Below are positions 37,205 to 50,915 of a DNA stretch of 64,000 bases, one piece after another; position 1 is the stretch's first letter, and every line of letters begins with the position of its first letter. Source of the DNA: Amoeboaphelidium protococcarum X5 (taxonomy: Eukaryota > Fungi > Aphelidiomycota); NCBI GenBank assembly GCA_023515725.1, contig JALDTO010000266.1, forward strand, positions 444,708 to 508,707, read 5' to 3'. The notes beneath the pieces were generated by a model, which saw only the letters and a program-made list of their open reading frames with translations, made no database searches and was not told the origin of the DNA. The position numbers and the translations under genes are program-made.

Positions 37205-38887
37205 ATGGACGAGCAATAATAATACGAATATAGTGAACACTTTGAGAAGAATTTCAAGCCTTTATAGCGGGAATATAGCGAGAGTTATGATGGAAAATCG
37301 TATTATAGCCACAATTTTTACTCTCCTCGATCCATTTCAAACAATGATCTGAGGAGGAATTAGCATGAGTAATTATAGAATTAAGGCCAGCGATAATAAA
37401 ATGCGCCATCATAAAATATTTATAAAGAATTCCTGGCCTCTGTTAACAGTCTGGTGGTGCCATTCAGGAAATTTATCTGCAAAGGATCTGTATGGGAGGT
37501 GATCAACAATCAGTTAGTCAAGGAGAGGTCGTTATTTTTATTCAATGATATCCTGATCGTGGCCAAGAAATTAAGCGCTGGTGGTGAAGATGGTCGCGTC
37601 ACTAGCAGTCAGGTTGATGATACTAATCTATACGAGATTCGCACTATTTTGGATTTATTCAGTTTTGATATACGGCTGGATAGAAATTCTGATCCAGCAG
37701 ATAGATTTAATGACTCTGCTACAATGCGGAAAGCTTTAGAGAAATTTGATCGACATCCACAAGACGGGCTGCGTTATTTGATCGAGAAGCAACTCATATA
37801 CCCAGATGCTGTAGCGGTTGCAGAGTTCCTGTTTAGCACTCCTTAATTGAATAAGTGTAGTATTGGTAGATTTCTTAGCTCCGATGACAATGCTGAGATA
37901 TTTGAGCAGTACATGAATTGTTTCGACTTTGGTGGTCTCCGGCTAGATCAGGCTCTGCGATTGTATTTTGCCAGTTTTCGTCCACCAGGCGATGCTCATG
38001 CTATGGACATTCTTTTGGAGGGATTCTCGCGTAAATATCATGGCGACAATAGCGGTGTACTGTCTTCCCCACAACTTACTTTGAATCTGGTATTTGGTCT
38101 TTTGGTCATTAATTCTGAGATGCATAGTAGCGGTGGAGGCGATCGCGTGAGTGGACGGTATAAGATTTCAGTGGCAGACTTTATCGCCAAGTTTCGCTTG
38201 CATGACGTGGAGCGAGAGCTGAGCAATGAAGTGCTTGTGCAGATGTATCAAAGCATTGTACGCGACAAATTGTCTGTAGCTGTCCCAATGGAACATGATA
38301 CTGAGGATTTGGAGGAAATTACCGTGTCATAGATTCCCTTTCGCCTGTACATTATGGATAAGACCACTATGTGCACTGTCACAATTCCCAGACGCGATCC
38401 CAACTTGGTCATTCAGATCTTCTGTCATAAAGGCTTACGATCGTTCCCCTCAGTACTGGACTTTACTGAGAGTAACACTGCTACATTTAGATTGTCTGGA
38501 CTTAGTGCAGGTAGAAAGTACATTACTCTGCTCAAGCTGGGCTAATCCGCTCACAAGTACTCAGCATCTAGTTTACCTCATAACAAGATGGTCATCGTTG
38601 AGCCTCCATTTAAGAAGCATGTATTCTAGATGAAATGCAATGAACGCGATCAACGAACCGGTAGAAAAGTATCATATATGTTCTCCGTGGCAAATGAGGG
38701 TTAGCGTGATATGTGGGCAGCATAAATTAGATATGCCCTCAATGCACTGTAAGAAGAGCGAATCATAGAAGAAGGCGTGGAATTATAAAGTGTTGAAGGC
38801 CACAATATCCTCAGTTGTTTCGCTGTTCAGTAAGCCAAAATTGTGCCATCATCTAATCAGGTACCTTTAAATAACGACAGTAGGTGA
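37205..38887 (+). CDS. Sec7-domain (ARF-GEF-like) protein with a split PH domain (560 aa)
   Basis: PH N-half ERSLFLFNDILIVAKK; Sec7 LNKCSIGRFLS...FDFGGLRLDQALRLYFASFRPPGDA...LVINSEMH; PH C-half YMFSVANEGQRDMW. Confidence 0.85.
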
Positions 38888-38939
38888 AGTTTAATAGTGA
38901 ACTCACATTAATTGATGATTGTATATTGTTTTTGTTTAT

Positions 38940-41180
38940 TCATCTTAATATTTATGCAATCAGACCTTCAATATTGTGCATGCTTATACGCCTTTTAGTC
39001 AGATAGCGATTGTACTTTTACAGTTGAACTCTAAACTCTGGCATAAGTTCATCAGTTACAAGATGGAATCCAAGTTTTCGTGAGAGTTAAAGACAACGCA
39101 GATAGGCAATCACAGCTTTAATCTTTTCAGTGTCATCATTCCCATCTCTAATTAAAGCCTGTAAAAAAGAAATAATTAAAGGAGATCGTGACCGCAATCT
39201 ATCGGCTTCTTCGTATATTCTAAGTCCATCTTATCGATAGAGCAAGATAATGATTAGCTAGTAATCCATTCTAGATCGTTCTTCCAATGAGAGATCAAAC
39301 GCGAATCTTGCGCTGTTGACCACTTTGAAGAACTTGTCCAATAGAATTTTACTATCCTGCTACACTCTATTTACATCCTTAAATTGACTCGACTTTAGAT
39401 CTTTAACTAAATGGATGGCATCAACTAATAAATCAATCCTAAAATTTAACATATAAGACAGCTGAGATTCATTCAAAGCAGCCAGATTTAAAACATTGTT
39501 CAGAAACTAATAGGAGTTCAATTTCGATATAGACAACGCAAAAGAGGACCATTATTGTCGCGACTGATCAGACTTGAGCAAAGAAGCATGGCACCAGATA
39601 CGATCAAGAATAGAGTTGGTATACACAGACGGATCATTATCTGCCACTAGTTCAATTTGGCAGTTTAATGGTTAAATCTTATTTCCACTGCCAAGCACAG
39701 AGTTGTGAGACTATCGGAGATATTTGCTAGAACGTGAATTTATATATAATGTATCACTACTGGAAGATATCAAAACATAAGGCAAATAGCTCTAGGCAAA
39801 AGTCTTTGAATCAACGCGTTAAATGAGATTCAAGATGCCCTGCAATCTATTCTAGCTCCTCACTTTGGAAGCAGTGGTGGATTTGGTCGATGTGGATTCT
39901 TACTCAGCTTTACCACTAAAAAGACGAGCCACCCAACTACAATACATCACCCTACGATCTGGCACAGCGGGTGAAGAGGCAGATTTCTCCCATGGCATAA
40001 ACGAATACTTCTATTTCTCCCTGGATACAACTCCCAATCTCCATAGCAGTTCAACCTTGGATCGTCTACCATACCGCATATCTGGATCAAATCGTTATGA
40101 AGCGCCTACTCTAAAGACGACTTAAGGTTCATCAAGCGGTTAAGGTATGAATTTAGGATCCAACAATTGGTGATTATCCAATACTCTCTGCATCGGAACG
40201 ATTAAATAATCTACATACCGTGGAGCATCTTGCATACACTAACCAAGTTCAGTCCATGCTTATCTAGTAAAATACGAATTTCCATCAAGCGGTAGAATCC
40301 AGCCATTATGAGTCTGCCTACCATTTAATCCTAACCTGGTGTTACCATCTTCAATACACCAGTTACGCGCACCATTATTGTTCATCAAGTATTAGTTTTT
40401 TCGTGATCGAATGTAATCTTCCAAGAGCTGCTTTCCCTTATTGCTCATAATTCTATAAGATTATAAATACTAAAAATCATCTTCAAGCTATGAATACTCA
40501 AATTGACCATACTTCTTATATTCATTAATCTGGAACGGTAGTCTAACCAACTAAGGGACATGAAGCGTTGCATTACCACGCGACTGCTTTTAAATTCGGA
40601 ATCTCACCTCAGCGATGTGAGTCTCTAATATTCTTATCAGCTCCTTTTCGATATCTTGATCAACTATTCGATTAAGTACAAAAACCTTCTATGTATCAGG
40701 GAACAACTCTTCATGTTTCAACATAAATTACAAATTCTTGATCGACTGATTAAAATCGTGGCGTGGCGGTAGATCGTTTCCAATAATTCTGTACAGAATT
40801 TGTTAAGGAGCAGTCGATTATTATCGCTGCTTGATAAGTAAGCTTTCTTGCGACGACGATGACGATGATGTCGATGACGTGTAAAAAAGTTCCGACAGTG
40901 ACGAGGATCGTTCAGCTTGAGACAGAACAAAGTGACAAATGAAGCACCAAAATAGCAGAGAGCATAATAAGAACACTGCTACAAACTACTTGAGAAGCCT
41001 TGAAGATGATGATGAAGCTTTCATACTATTTTTCGCCAGCTTCCCAACTCGCAAATGATTAGACTTTACAACCTTGTCATAACTATAAATCGATCGTTAG
41101 TAGTCGGCGATTGTATTGCACTCACTCCCTCCTGACTGCTTCCGCCACTTTCCTGAATCACTAAAATAATCCACCGTCAT
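38940..41180 (-). CDS. Type II membrane protein carrying the ILYRIIGNDLPPRH domain seen N-terminal to alginate-lyase-like domains (746 aa)
   Basis: TM anchor followed by ILYRIIGNDLPPRH, KVFVLNRIVD, YLMNNNGARN, WILPLDGNSYF, DEPQVVFR, RYGRRSKVELLWRLG and WVARLFSG. Family call is from memory. Confidence 0.65.
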
Positions 41181-41856
41181 TCTAAAATGTACTCAATGAG
41201 CAGAATAATCTAATTAATGAGAACACAGTGCCTGAAATTGAGACAAAGTGTGTCAATAATCAATCAATAGAGCATTATTGCATCAAATCGATCAAACTTG
41301 TTGTATTGAGGCTTCAAACTTTCCCCCGGACCGATCCAGACTGTCGTTGTTTGATCAACTTGTTCCCAAACGGGCGATTGTTTTTATTTGTTTCAGCCAT
41401 GAAATCTACCACTATAAGTTATACACTTGGTGTTACTCACTTTTAATTAATACAAAAGCAACTACATACATCATTATAAGCACTATCGAACTATGGCCAA
41501 ACTCAAACGCCGAGAAAGTGTGTGAATGGGCAACGCATTTGAAACTTGAACAAGTGAGCGTTCGGTGTAAACCTATGCATTTATTCTTAATCATATCATG
41601 TTAGTCAAGTAAGACTTCAAATCCTACAATAACCAACGGTGCTACTAAAGCTATAAGCAGTGTTCAACTATAGTATGCACAATGACGCTGTGTTCAGAAA
41701 ACTCTCGCTTGCAGAAAATTGCCAGTAACAGCCAATCAAAAGCGAAGCTTCGTTGCCGCCAACAACATGAGAGTTTATTCATGTTAATAATTTCAATTTT
41801 TTTCGAAAAAAGTAACGATTGTACTAAAATATAATGGGAATCATATGTATGGATAT

Positions 41857-42831
41857 TCATAGACATTTCGATAAGATTGAATCTTGATCGCGCAGAGTTT
41901 AGAGCGATGACACACATGACCGCTATTATACGCAGAAATTGTTATTTACACAGACTTGAGATAATCGAGCTAAGCACTCATCCAGAATCTAAAAAGACAC
42001 ATCCATTTATTGCGCCAATAGGATGATCGAAATATCATTTTTGACGCGTTTTAGAACTTTATACATCTTTTGATCAATCTTGAGTACAGATCCGGCTTAA
42101 CATTGATGATCTTCATTCCCAGGAACCACTGTTCTAAACAAAGGTAAAATATAGTAAAGATCCATATCAAGCATATTAGATTTAATGACTCCATCACGCC
42201 ACATGAATACATAATACTCAATCCCACTGGATAGAACTAGAGCACTTAGCTTATACAGTTAATACTGCGATCGGGATTAAGACACCAACGGGAATCTCAC
42301 AAAAGGCAGCGATGGTGATACATTCAAGCTTTAATCGTCGGGTCGCATAGAAGTAGTGTCGTCAATAACTGCGTTCATAGCTCTATTTATAAAATCTATC
42401 TAATTTTACCATAAAGTATCACAATCAGCATGATACACAAGACGTGCCAGTCTTAGGGCCACCATCTCTCCAATTTGACGACTGTTTCCAGCAGTTATCA
42501 CCGCAATGCTTCGCCAACTCTCAACACCGCGGCATTAAATGATATCTCCATTGCTTAATTCAAAATCTGCCAATGGATAATCATTGTATTTAGATATTTT
42601 ACTAGAGCTATGTGTTTAATCCGCTTTCACCCCCCTAGTAGACTGACAGTTCCAATTGAGAAGAGTGATCACAGTGCCAACGAATATTCCATACTACTGC
42701 TAATTGCGCAATGGCTCTAACTTAGCATCATTATTCACCCAGGAGAATAATATAAGACTCTGAATATCGTCCTCCTCTTTCAAATCCGCAACTTGACTCT
42801 AATCTATAATGAACACTGTCTTGATCATCAT
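41857..42831 (-). CDS. Hypothetical protein with possible HPS4/Ccz1-type longin N-terminus (about 324 aa)
   Basis: Open frame with TAR=Gln. VFIIDQSQVADLKEEDDIQSLILFSW...QQQYGIFVGTVITL resembles the first longin domain of HPS4/Ccz1. The 3' end is uncertain. Confidence 0.5.
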
Positions 42832-43112
42832 ACACTATAGTTTTAACGCGTCTTTATATGCGTGATTCTCAATGGAAGATGTTTCGAAACGCGCGGCTAG
42901 TGGTGGAATCGTTCGGAGTGAATCGTTCAATCTTTCTATGTTCATTGAAACTTGCCCATTGAGCGTCGTTCTCTCTCTCTCTCTCTCTTGGTCCAATCTC
43001 TCCGTTGAAGGTTCTTTGTGTGTTTAGGCCGCATTAGTATTTTCATTCCTGGTATCCAAATATATTGAATAAGATTTCGTAACTTGAAATATAATCTAAA
43101 TTTTATTACAGA

Positions 43113-43871
43113 ATGTCGGATGATAGCGAAGGTTTTATAGATTCGAGTTTGAATGTCAAACCAGGCAAGATTGGTCAAAATCCTACAACTATCAGTGGTG
43201 GCGGATTTTTTAATTCGTAACAGTCGTCCCAATAGTAGTAGTCATAGTAGCCAACATAGACACTTAATACCTTAGATGAGCCTATAAGTGAGACGTTTAA
43301 ACGTGATTTCGGGAATATTGGCAAGAAGATAAAAATGGTACTTTTGCCAACTGGTCAGAGTAAAGCTGTGCTCAAAGACTGGGATCTATGGGGGCCTCTG
43401 TTGATGTGCCTTCTCCTGGCTTCGATGCTCGGCTTTCGATCCAGTGAGCCATCTACTGTATTTACGGGAGTCTTCTTTATATACTGGTGTGGAGCCGCTG
43501 TAGTTACGTTGAATGCAAACTTGCTGGGTGGTAAGATATCCTTTTTTCAATCAGTGTGTATACTTGGTTACTGTCTATTTCCGATCATAATCAGTGCTAT
43601 AATAGTGTACATTATCCCTCTGCCATACTTTATTCGTGCCATTATTGTGGCTGTGTGCTTTCTGTGGAGTACTTTTGCATCTGTCGGATTTCTGGGTGTA
43701 GGTCCGCGTTTGGAAACTGGCGGTGGCGGTATACTTCCAATTTCATTGAATATGAACTCAGCATCGCTTCAAGTTAATGAAGGTGGAGTAGCTGAGAATC
43801 GCCGACTACTTGCTCTCTACCCCGTCTGCTTGTTCTATTTTGTAGTTGGCTGGATTGTATTCGTTGGATGA
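43113..43871 (+). CDS. YIP4: Yip1-domain protein YIPF6/Yip4 (252 aa)
   Basis: NTLDEPISETFKRD, KDWDLWGPL, VVTLNANLLGGKISFFQSVCILGYCLFP, RRLLALYPV. Confidence 0.92.
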
Positions 43872-44344
43872 ATATCTTTAATATTGTCATTTTATTATTG
43901 AATTGATCATTTAAGCTTTAGTTTTCGTCTACATCGACTCATTTTGTACAGCATCTTCCCATTCATTCTTTAAATGAGTTCATTTGCTTCAACTCGAAAA
44001 GTCTAGTAAATTATAATCACTACAGTGTAACCAGAAATAGTTCAAAAATATGAAACAGAAACAGAACCTTCATCAAACAAGCAATGATTCTAAAGTCGCG
44101 TTAAATGTCATTTTTGGCTCATTTATCAGCTTCAACTTGCAACTTGTACTGTAACAGCTCTTCCTTCCATCAGTTTTGTTTCAACATTTTCGTTTCTGTT
44201 TTAGTTTCGGTTTTGACTCTCTGCCAGTATAAATTGAGATTCATCCTGTAGTTCTTCTCCCCACCTTCATTTAATAGAAATATTTAGTTTTGTTGATTAG
44301 TTACTAGCTGGTTATCTCTTTTGGAAATTTTAACTTATACGGTT

Positions 44345-46285
44345 ATGACTGTATTAAAGTACAATCATCTTATTCAGTTTTGTCTGCAGTAATAGTGTAA
44401 TGACTCTGCTCTGTTCTATGCACATTTGTACTATGCCCTGAATCGAGAGAGCTGCTTGAAGTCTGAAGCATAGTATCTATTGGCCAGATCGTATTATGTA
44501 TGTAAAAAGTATCAGGAATCTTATGAAGTTTTAAAGCAGATTGATAGCGATTTCGATTCCAAGTCTTCCCTATTGCTGAGGGACTTGTGCATCCGTCTAT
44601 AGAAAGATCAAGAGCTGGTGGAAGTAACTTTAATGCTGTAATAAAAGTGGCCTGGTAATTAGAGCTCCACTGAATTTTAATTAACATTTGACTATAGTAA
44701 TGCAGAATTTTCAAGTCTATAAAATTAAATCATTTTGGCCAAATAGTATCAAGAATAAAGTCGGCAATAGGAAGCTGTTTAATGTTGTCATAATGTTCTG
44801 CGTGAATGTCCACTCATGGTTGAAGCATGGACAATATTGGCTCAGTGCAGTGGATAGTTATAAAAGTAAATAAATTTCAGTCAGTATTTCTCTGAGTTCG
44901 ATCCATCATTCATAGAGAATCAATTATTGTCTACTTTTAAATCATCATCATTACAGAGTAGTATTGTAAAGTCTAATTCCATGTAATCAGTCAATAATAG
45001 TTCCCGCAACATAACTGTGAGATCCCATCAAGTGGAATCCATCCAGGTGGTCAAAGAGAAGAAGCGCACTAGAAGTGGATAAACCAAGTCTGCTTCTTAG
45101 ACTAGTCTTAATATGAAAATGGACAGAATTTCGATGGAGAGTCAGGTTGACACTGTGGATATGCCAATGATTCTTCTGATTTGTCAATTTTAGTATTCAG
45201 TTCACTCTTATGACTATCCTGTGGCATTGTCACTTTTGAAAGACTTGCCGCGATCTGTTACGGAATCTCTACCGATATCGCTGGCGTTCATTTCCGTTCT
45301 CACTGAAGCGGGACAGTATAGAGTTGCTGATTCCGTAATATAAAAAGTACTCGCATTATATTCGTACAATAGAGAGAAATTGGAAACATTTTGTACCGTG
45401 TTTTGGCATCTATAGGATGATTCCGCATTATCCGTATTGGCTTAAAGACTATTAGGTACGGATAAGCCGCGTGGTGGTGTCAAGAGTACACACATACTTG
45501 ATGATGTTCATGCTTCCCCCGCTGCATTTTTGGCCATAGGTAATTTGTACTCTCTGAAGAATAACACAGAGATGGCTATAAAGTCATTCGAGTAGGCTAT
45601 TAGATTGTCTAATCGCGATAATAACTAGCGAATGGTTAGTTATTGTCAGTCACTGATAGGTTATGAACATTTGGCAGCTGATAGTGTTAACAATGCAATA
45701 AATGCATTCAAAACTGCGATATAAGCAGATCCTAGGAATTATATTGCCTGGTATCAAATGTCTAATCTATGCTTGAAGTCGGAGAAGATTAAAGATGCTG
45801 AGTATTGTCTCAGACGCGCTCTTACGATAAATTCACACAACGTGGTGATTAGAACAGCTCTTGGTAGTCTTCATGCCAAGTCTGGCCAAGCTGATGTTGC
45901 CTTGGTAGAATTTGATAAAGCTATACAGACAAGCAAGTCGTTATTTAACATTTAACTCCCTCCTATATTTTCAACGTATTGCCAGATTCCGGATAATCCT
46001 CTGCCGTATTATAAGAAAGCCAGCTCCCTATCATCCATAGGCAGATATGAAGAGTCTCTGAATTATTATAAAAAGTGCGTTCGTCTTGTTCCTCAAGAGT
46101 CGTCGTTGTATATTAAAATGGCGGAAGTGTATAAAGCATTGCATAGAGTTGATGATGCGGCCAAGTGCTACCTTAAATCATTGTCGCTGTCAAGTCCAGA
46201 CCCGTTTGAGTTGCTTAATACATCCTCGAAATCATAATCATCTAAAGAGTGCCTAGAGAAATTATTTCAACAACAAGCATAGTGA
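44345..46285 (+). CDS. CDC27: APC/C TPR subunit Cdc27/Apc3 (646 aa)
   Basis: N-terminal ALFYA...YLLARSYY, then LETFCTVFWHL, AIGNLYSL, SLIGYEHL and DPRNYIAWY. Confidence 0.82.
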
Positions 46286-46407
46286 TACTGATTATATTGA
46301 TGATATTTATGATGATTTTTACTTTCTCTAATTGGATTTCTTCTTTTTGTTGCCTCTACAATATTTCACCATCGCTTTTAACTTAGTAGTAAAAGACAGA
46401 TATAGCA

Positions 46408-46830
46408 ATGAAGTTGGTGCGATTCTTGATGAAGTTATAGGGCGAGACTGTGACAGTCGAATTAAAGGATGGAAGTAGCGTGACTGGGGTCATTCAGAAT
46501 GTGGACATGTAAATGAATACGCATCTTAAGAATGTTAAACTGACACCATCAAAGAAAATGCTCAAAACTGCCACCCTACCACCGAGTGCCAAGGCTGGCG
46601 ATATAGTGCCTCTTGAATAAATGTCTGTGCGTGGAAACAATGTCCGCTATGTGCTTCTGCCTGATGGTCTCCCACTAGACTCGTTCCTCATTGATGACCG
46701 ACCAAAGATCAAAGGTCGCCTCGCTGATGGAGCTGATGGTGCAAGACCGCGGAAATCTGCTAGAACTGGCGGCCAAAGCGCGTCATCTTCAAGAGGTAGA
46801 TCGCGTGGTGGAAGAGGCAGAGGAAGATGA
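46408..46830 (+). CDS. SMD1: Small nuclear ribonucleoprotein Sm D1 (140 aa)
   Basis: [22 protein letters not shown]...MNTHL...[21 protein letters not shown]-rich tail. Confidence 0.96.
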
Positions 46831-47237
46831 AGTAGATTTACGCATGAATGTGCAATAAATATAAAATATTTAATTTGGCACTATTCTCTTTCACCATTTT
46901 ATCTTTGTTTTTAGTTTATGCGTATCGGCTAGTTCGATGAAATCGGTGTACTGTAGATGGAGAAACTGTATTTATTGTAGGTAAGTGTCTACGCTGCATT
47001 GATTATAGATACGAAATAGCTTTCGCTGGATAGATGGCAGCTTTAACTAAGTGCGTTTGCAATAAATTGTAATTTATGTTGTCTAGAACGAAAGTTATAA
47101 GCACATGACATGTGAAATTAATGAGATAAAATGATGCCCCTGACTAAGAGGTTAGGAGAAAAAGAGGCCCAGTACATTATTTTTTATCAAGTCGCGTGAC
47201 TATCGTTGCCAAACTGAAATCTTTTACCTATTGCAAT

Positions 47238-48623
47238 ATGTAGAGAATGTTGGCGTATATTATTTTATTGCTAATATTGACAATATAGTCCACGCTGGGT
47301 GATGAACCTCTTAGATCAACGATTCCTTTGCAAGTTCCTATAGGATAGAAGGATGATGCAAGATTTGTAGTAGAGGCTGGGTGGATCAATGATATCAGAT
47401 AGAGACTGGAGCAATCTGATGAGCATAAATACACTCTACGTAACGTGATATTCACACTGGCATCGCGTATCTTGAATGCTCTGAAAATCGTCGGTAGAGT
47501 GGATGGTGCAGAGTCGTGTTAGGTCAATGTGCATGATGAGAGATTGCTGGCCGAAGTTCCCCTTATCGGTGCATTCATCCACGACATTGACACTTATGAG
47601 TACAAGAAGAGTATAGATAAATGGACCGTGCTGAAGAAGTATCCCACTGCATACGGTATGGCCATCATTCAGAAGTCTAATAAAAAGTGTCTGGATAAAT
47701 TCGCTAAACATTACACCAAGTACAAGTGGATGTATGGCGTGAATAATTATCTGCAAAAGATCTATCGCAAACGCGCATTTAAAGTGGTGCCTCCGTTGAA
47801 TCGCCAATTCTATAAGACTATGCTGCTTCAGTTTGTGGATGTCAATGCACGCAATGTTCAGGAGGGACGTACGCCTTGCTTTAAACACGTCACTGAGACT
47901 CACTTTAGTCACGCCGTCGTGTATAACAAGTGCTTCCCCAATGTCTTGCGCACGTCAAGATTGCAAAAATTGGCCACAATGTTCGAGGTTCCTGCATCCA
48001 TAGTGGACCACCCACTGCATGTCACGGCTCCTCTGGGATCTGGTGCTATAGCGTGGTAGACTGTGGATGATGTTGACTAGGAGGCGGTCAAGTTTGCGAA
48101 ATTACTCAACTTTCTGGAGATTGCAGGACCATCCGGTACCACTGATATGATATTGAACTTGAGTCACTTGTTTGGTATGAATTAACGCGAGCGGGACATG
48201 GTTCTTCTGTAGTGTCTTTTGTACTTGGTGCCTCAACATCACAGCATCATTGAGATTCAGATGGGATTCGATAGAAATCCTGCCGTGAAGAGAAGTTAGT
48301 CTACGTGTAACGCCATCTTCTTGGGTGATAATGGCCAACCGACCAATGTGGACGGCGACAGCAGCGGAACTAGTATATCATCACGTACGTCTTTGTTGAA
48401 ATCTGAACTGGAGTTGAAGAATTCTGTTAGACAATTGGAAGAGCTGTCAATCTTTTGTCTATTGATGCCATTTGATGATATTATCCCCGGGCTGTTTAGC
48501 GTTACTGATGTCATTAGCGCGTAGAGTATCACGCAGTACAAAAGCCAAGGACGAATCATGGAACTGAAAAGTAAGAAGGACTTGGTGAGCAGAGCAAAGC
48601 TTTTGATGAAGAGATTAAGTTGA
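47238..48623 (+). CDS. Secreted hypothetical protein (461 aa)
   Basis: Signal peptide MQRMLAYIILLLILTIQSTLG. Track ORFs 47529..48059 and 48321..48524 share this frame. No family recognised. Confidence 0.75.
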
Positions 48624-48745
48624 AGTGGATTTATGGACGCAAGTTGGATAGAGATGAATGAGTGGAAGATTAACTAGAATATTATAGATAGTTTTGAGAT
48701 TGCCCATTTGTTTGACTAATCGCTCTCACCAGAGACCAGATATGA

Positions 48746-50653
48746 TCAGAATTGGCTAATTGCCTTTTAATTAGCTTTAACAATCTTCTTATCGCGCTGT
48801 ACCAAATTAAACCAGTTGACTCCATTGCATCTTGAATAGCGAACGCCTTGGTTTTATAGATTATTGGCTATAACGTCCTGACTGCAGTATTTATGCTTTG
48901 GCTCATACAGACGAGTGATCCAAAAGTCGGAATACCAGTCTTTGATCTACACAATCTTAGTCGTTAGTTAGTCAACACCTTAAATTTGTTGTTCTAACAC
49001 TTACCTCGAGAGGGAAGAAGAAGCCAAAAATGTCAAAATGCCTTCTTGACACCATGGCCTAAGTAAGAAGAGAGCATTTCCACTTCTACACAAATAATAT
49101 CAGTCAATGAAAGTTAGACTTGTACTTTACCATAAATAATAATGTTACCGCATCTGAAGGACCAGCCACACCGAGACCATCATTGAGATCCAACTGAGTC
49201 GTGAAATAAGAAGCCCAGCCTGCAGTCTTAATCTTGAGATCGTCATTCACTTGGTAGTAGTATTCAGCACCTTCCTGCATGGATACCAAGAAGCCCATAT
49301 TCCAAATTAGGGTGAGCCATCCATTGGAACGAGGCATTGGTAGGTAGCGCACTATGACCGAGTCTTACAACCCAGAATCATTGATCATTTAATCGATTGC
49401 AGAGGTCACATTCTCATACATTGGGGCATTGAGACCAAAAATGCAGTCACCATTGTCAAAGAGTATATAGACGATAAATTTGAATTAGGATAGTTCAGAC
49501 GGGTCAATAGAGGCCAAGAGTGATGGCATAAAAATACTAATTACAGGAGAGATTTGACCATCATTACAGCTAGACTTTGTTGGAACACCCAAAGCTATAA
49601 CCTTTCGCTTAGCAATCTAATCTACCTTAGAATGTTGCTCTTTAAAAGATTTGTTTTGACCCAAAGAGCGCGCATAACTGTACATGTAATCAGCTCTAAT
49701 CTAGATGTTACAAAAATCTTGACTTTCAGTTTAGGAACCTTCTTGCTTTAAATCAGGGATGCTGATAGAATCCAACTTGGCCATAAGGTTCTCATTATTA
49801 TCCCAAGATAGATCATTCAAAGAGCACTCGAGTTTATTGAGACAGGCAATACGTTCATAAATCATAGGCTTAGCAAAGGATGAACGTCTGTTAAGTCCCA
49901 ATACAAGCACATTATTTTTAGATTACTAGTAAGAGGACACTATACCGCCAACTTTATTCAAACTTTGTATAAGTTGGTCGACAAAACTCTTATCAAGTTT
50001 CAATGAAACATCAGCATAGACTACATTCTCGCCATAGCGCGTAAAGAGGTACTAAAAGACCAGCAATCTTGTAAAATGATACCATTATGATTATTTATCA
50101 GATAGCTTATCGTATTAAGTAACATCATCATGATCATGATCAGTAGATACTGATAAGCCAATCTGACGCGGTGTCAAGTAATTCACATTTGTCCATAGAT
50201 TAACTTCCTCAGCTACGCACTCAGAATTGAACATATCAACAACCATTATCTACCCAATTTTGGAATCATTATTGATTTTATGAAGACTCTACACATATAT
50301 AAATTATATAAAACTAGAGTTCAGATATCGTATTTTAGTAAACTTACTCCAACAAACTCGCGCAGTTGCTTCACTAGAGATGCGTTCTGCATAATGGTAA
50401 ACACGATTAATTGTGATGACTGCCCAGTATGAGGTGCGAGACTTTACGGCTAATATGAAGTTGCATATCGCTAGGATAAACTATCATTCCAGTTATTTAC
50501 AACGACATTGCCGGTGGTGGTTACCAAGCGCTTCGATATACTAGAGGATGGTCGCATACAGCGAACTTGCCCAGAAGAGCGACGATACATGTACAGAGTA
50601 TACACCGAGTACAAGACTCCAGCAGTGAGAATTATAGATATGAATCTATTCAT
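48746..50653 (-). CDS. Type II membrane GT-A/GT2-like glycosyltransferase; three introns
   Basis: N-terminal anchor; GAEYYYQVNDDL; GVAGPSD; LLTQAMVSRRHFDIFGFFFPLEIKDWYSDFWITRLY after splicing. Confidence 0.72.
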
Positions 50654-50915
50654 TTAATGCAATGCGACGATATAAAAAATACTATGAGCGAATAAAATAT
50701 TACAAAGGTAACTAGCTCTTACAGAGTTCAATGTGAAGTTACTGTAAATGGACGCGTTTGACACGACGAGGCTGAAACAAACTTTGAGCTACCAACAGAG
50801 AAACACTTACGATACGCCATATTTGACCTTTAAAGAGAATTAATCTAATAGAATAGAGTAGAAATTAAGCAAACAAAGAAACGGATATATTCAAGTAAAT
50901 AAATAAATTAATCAA

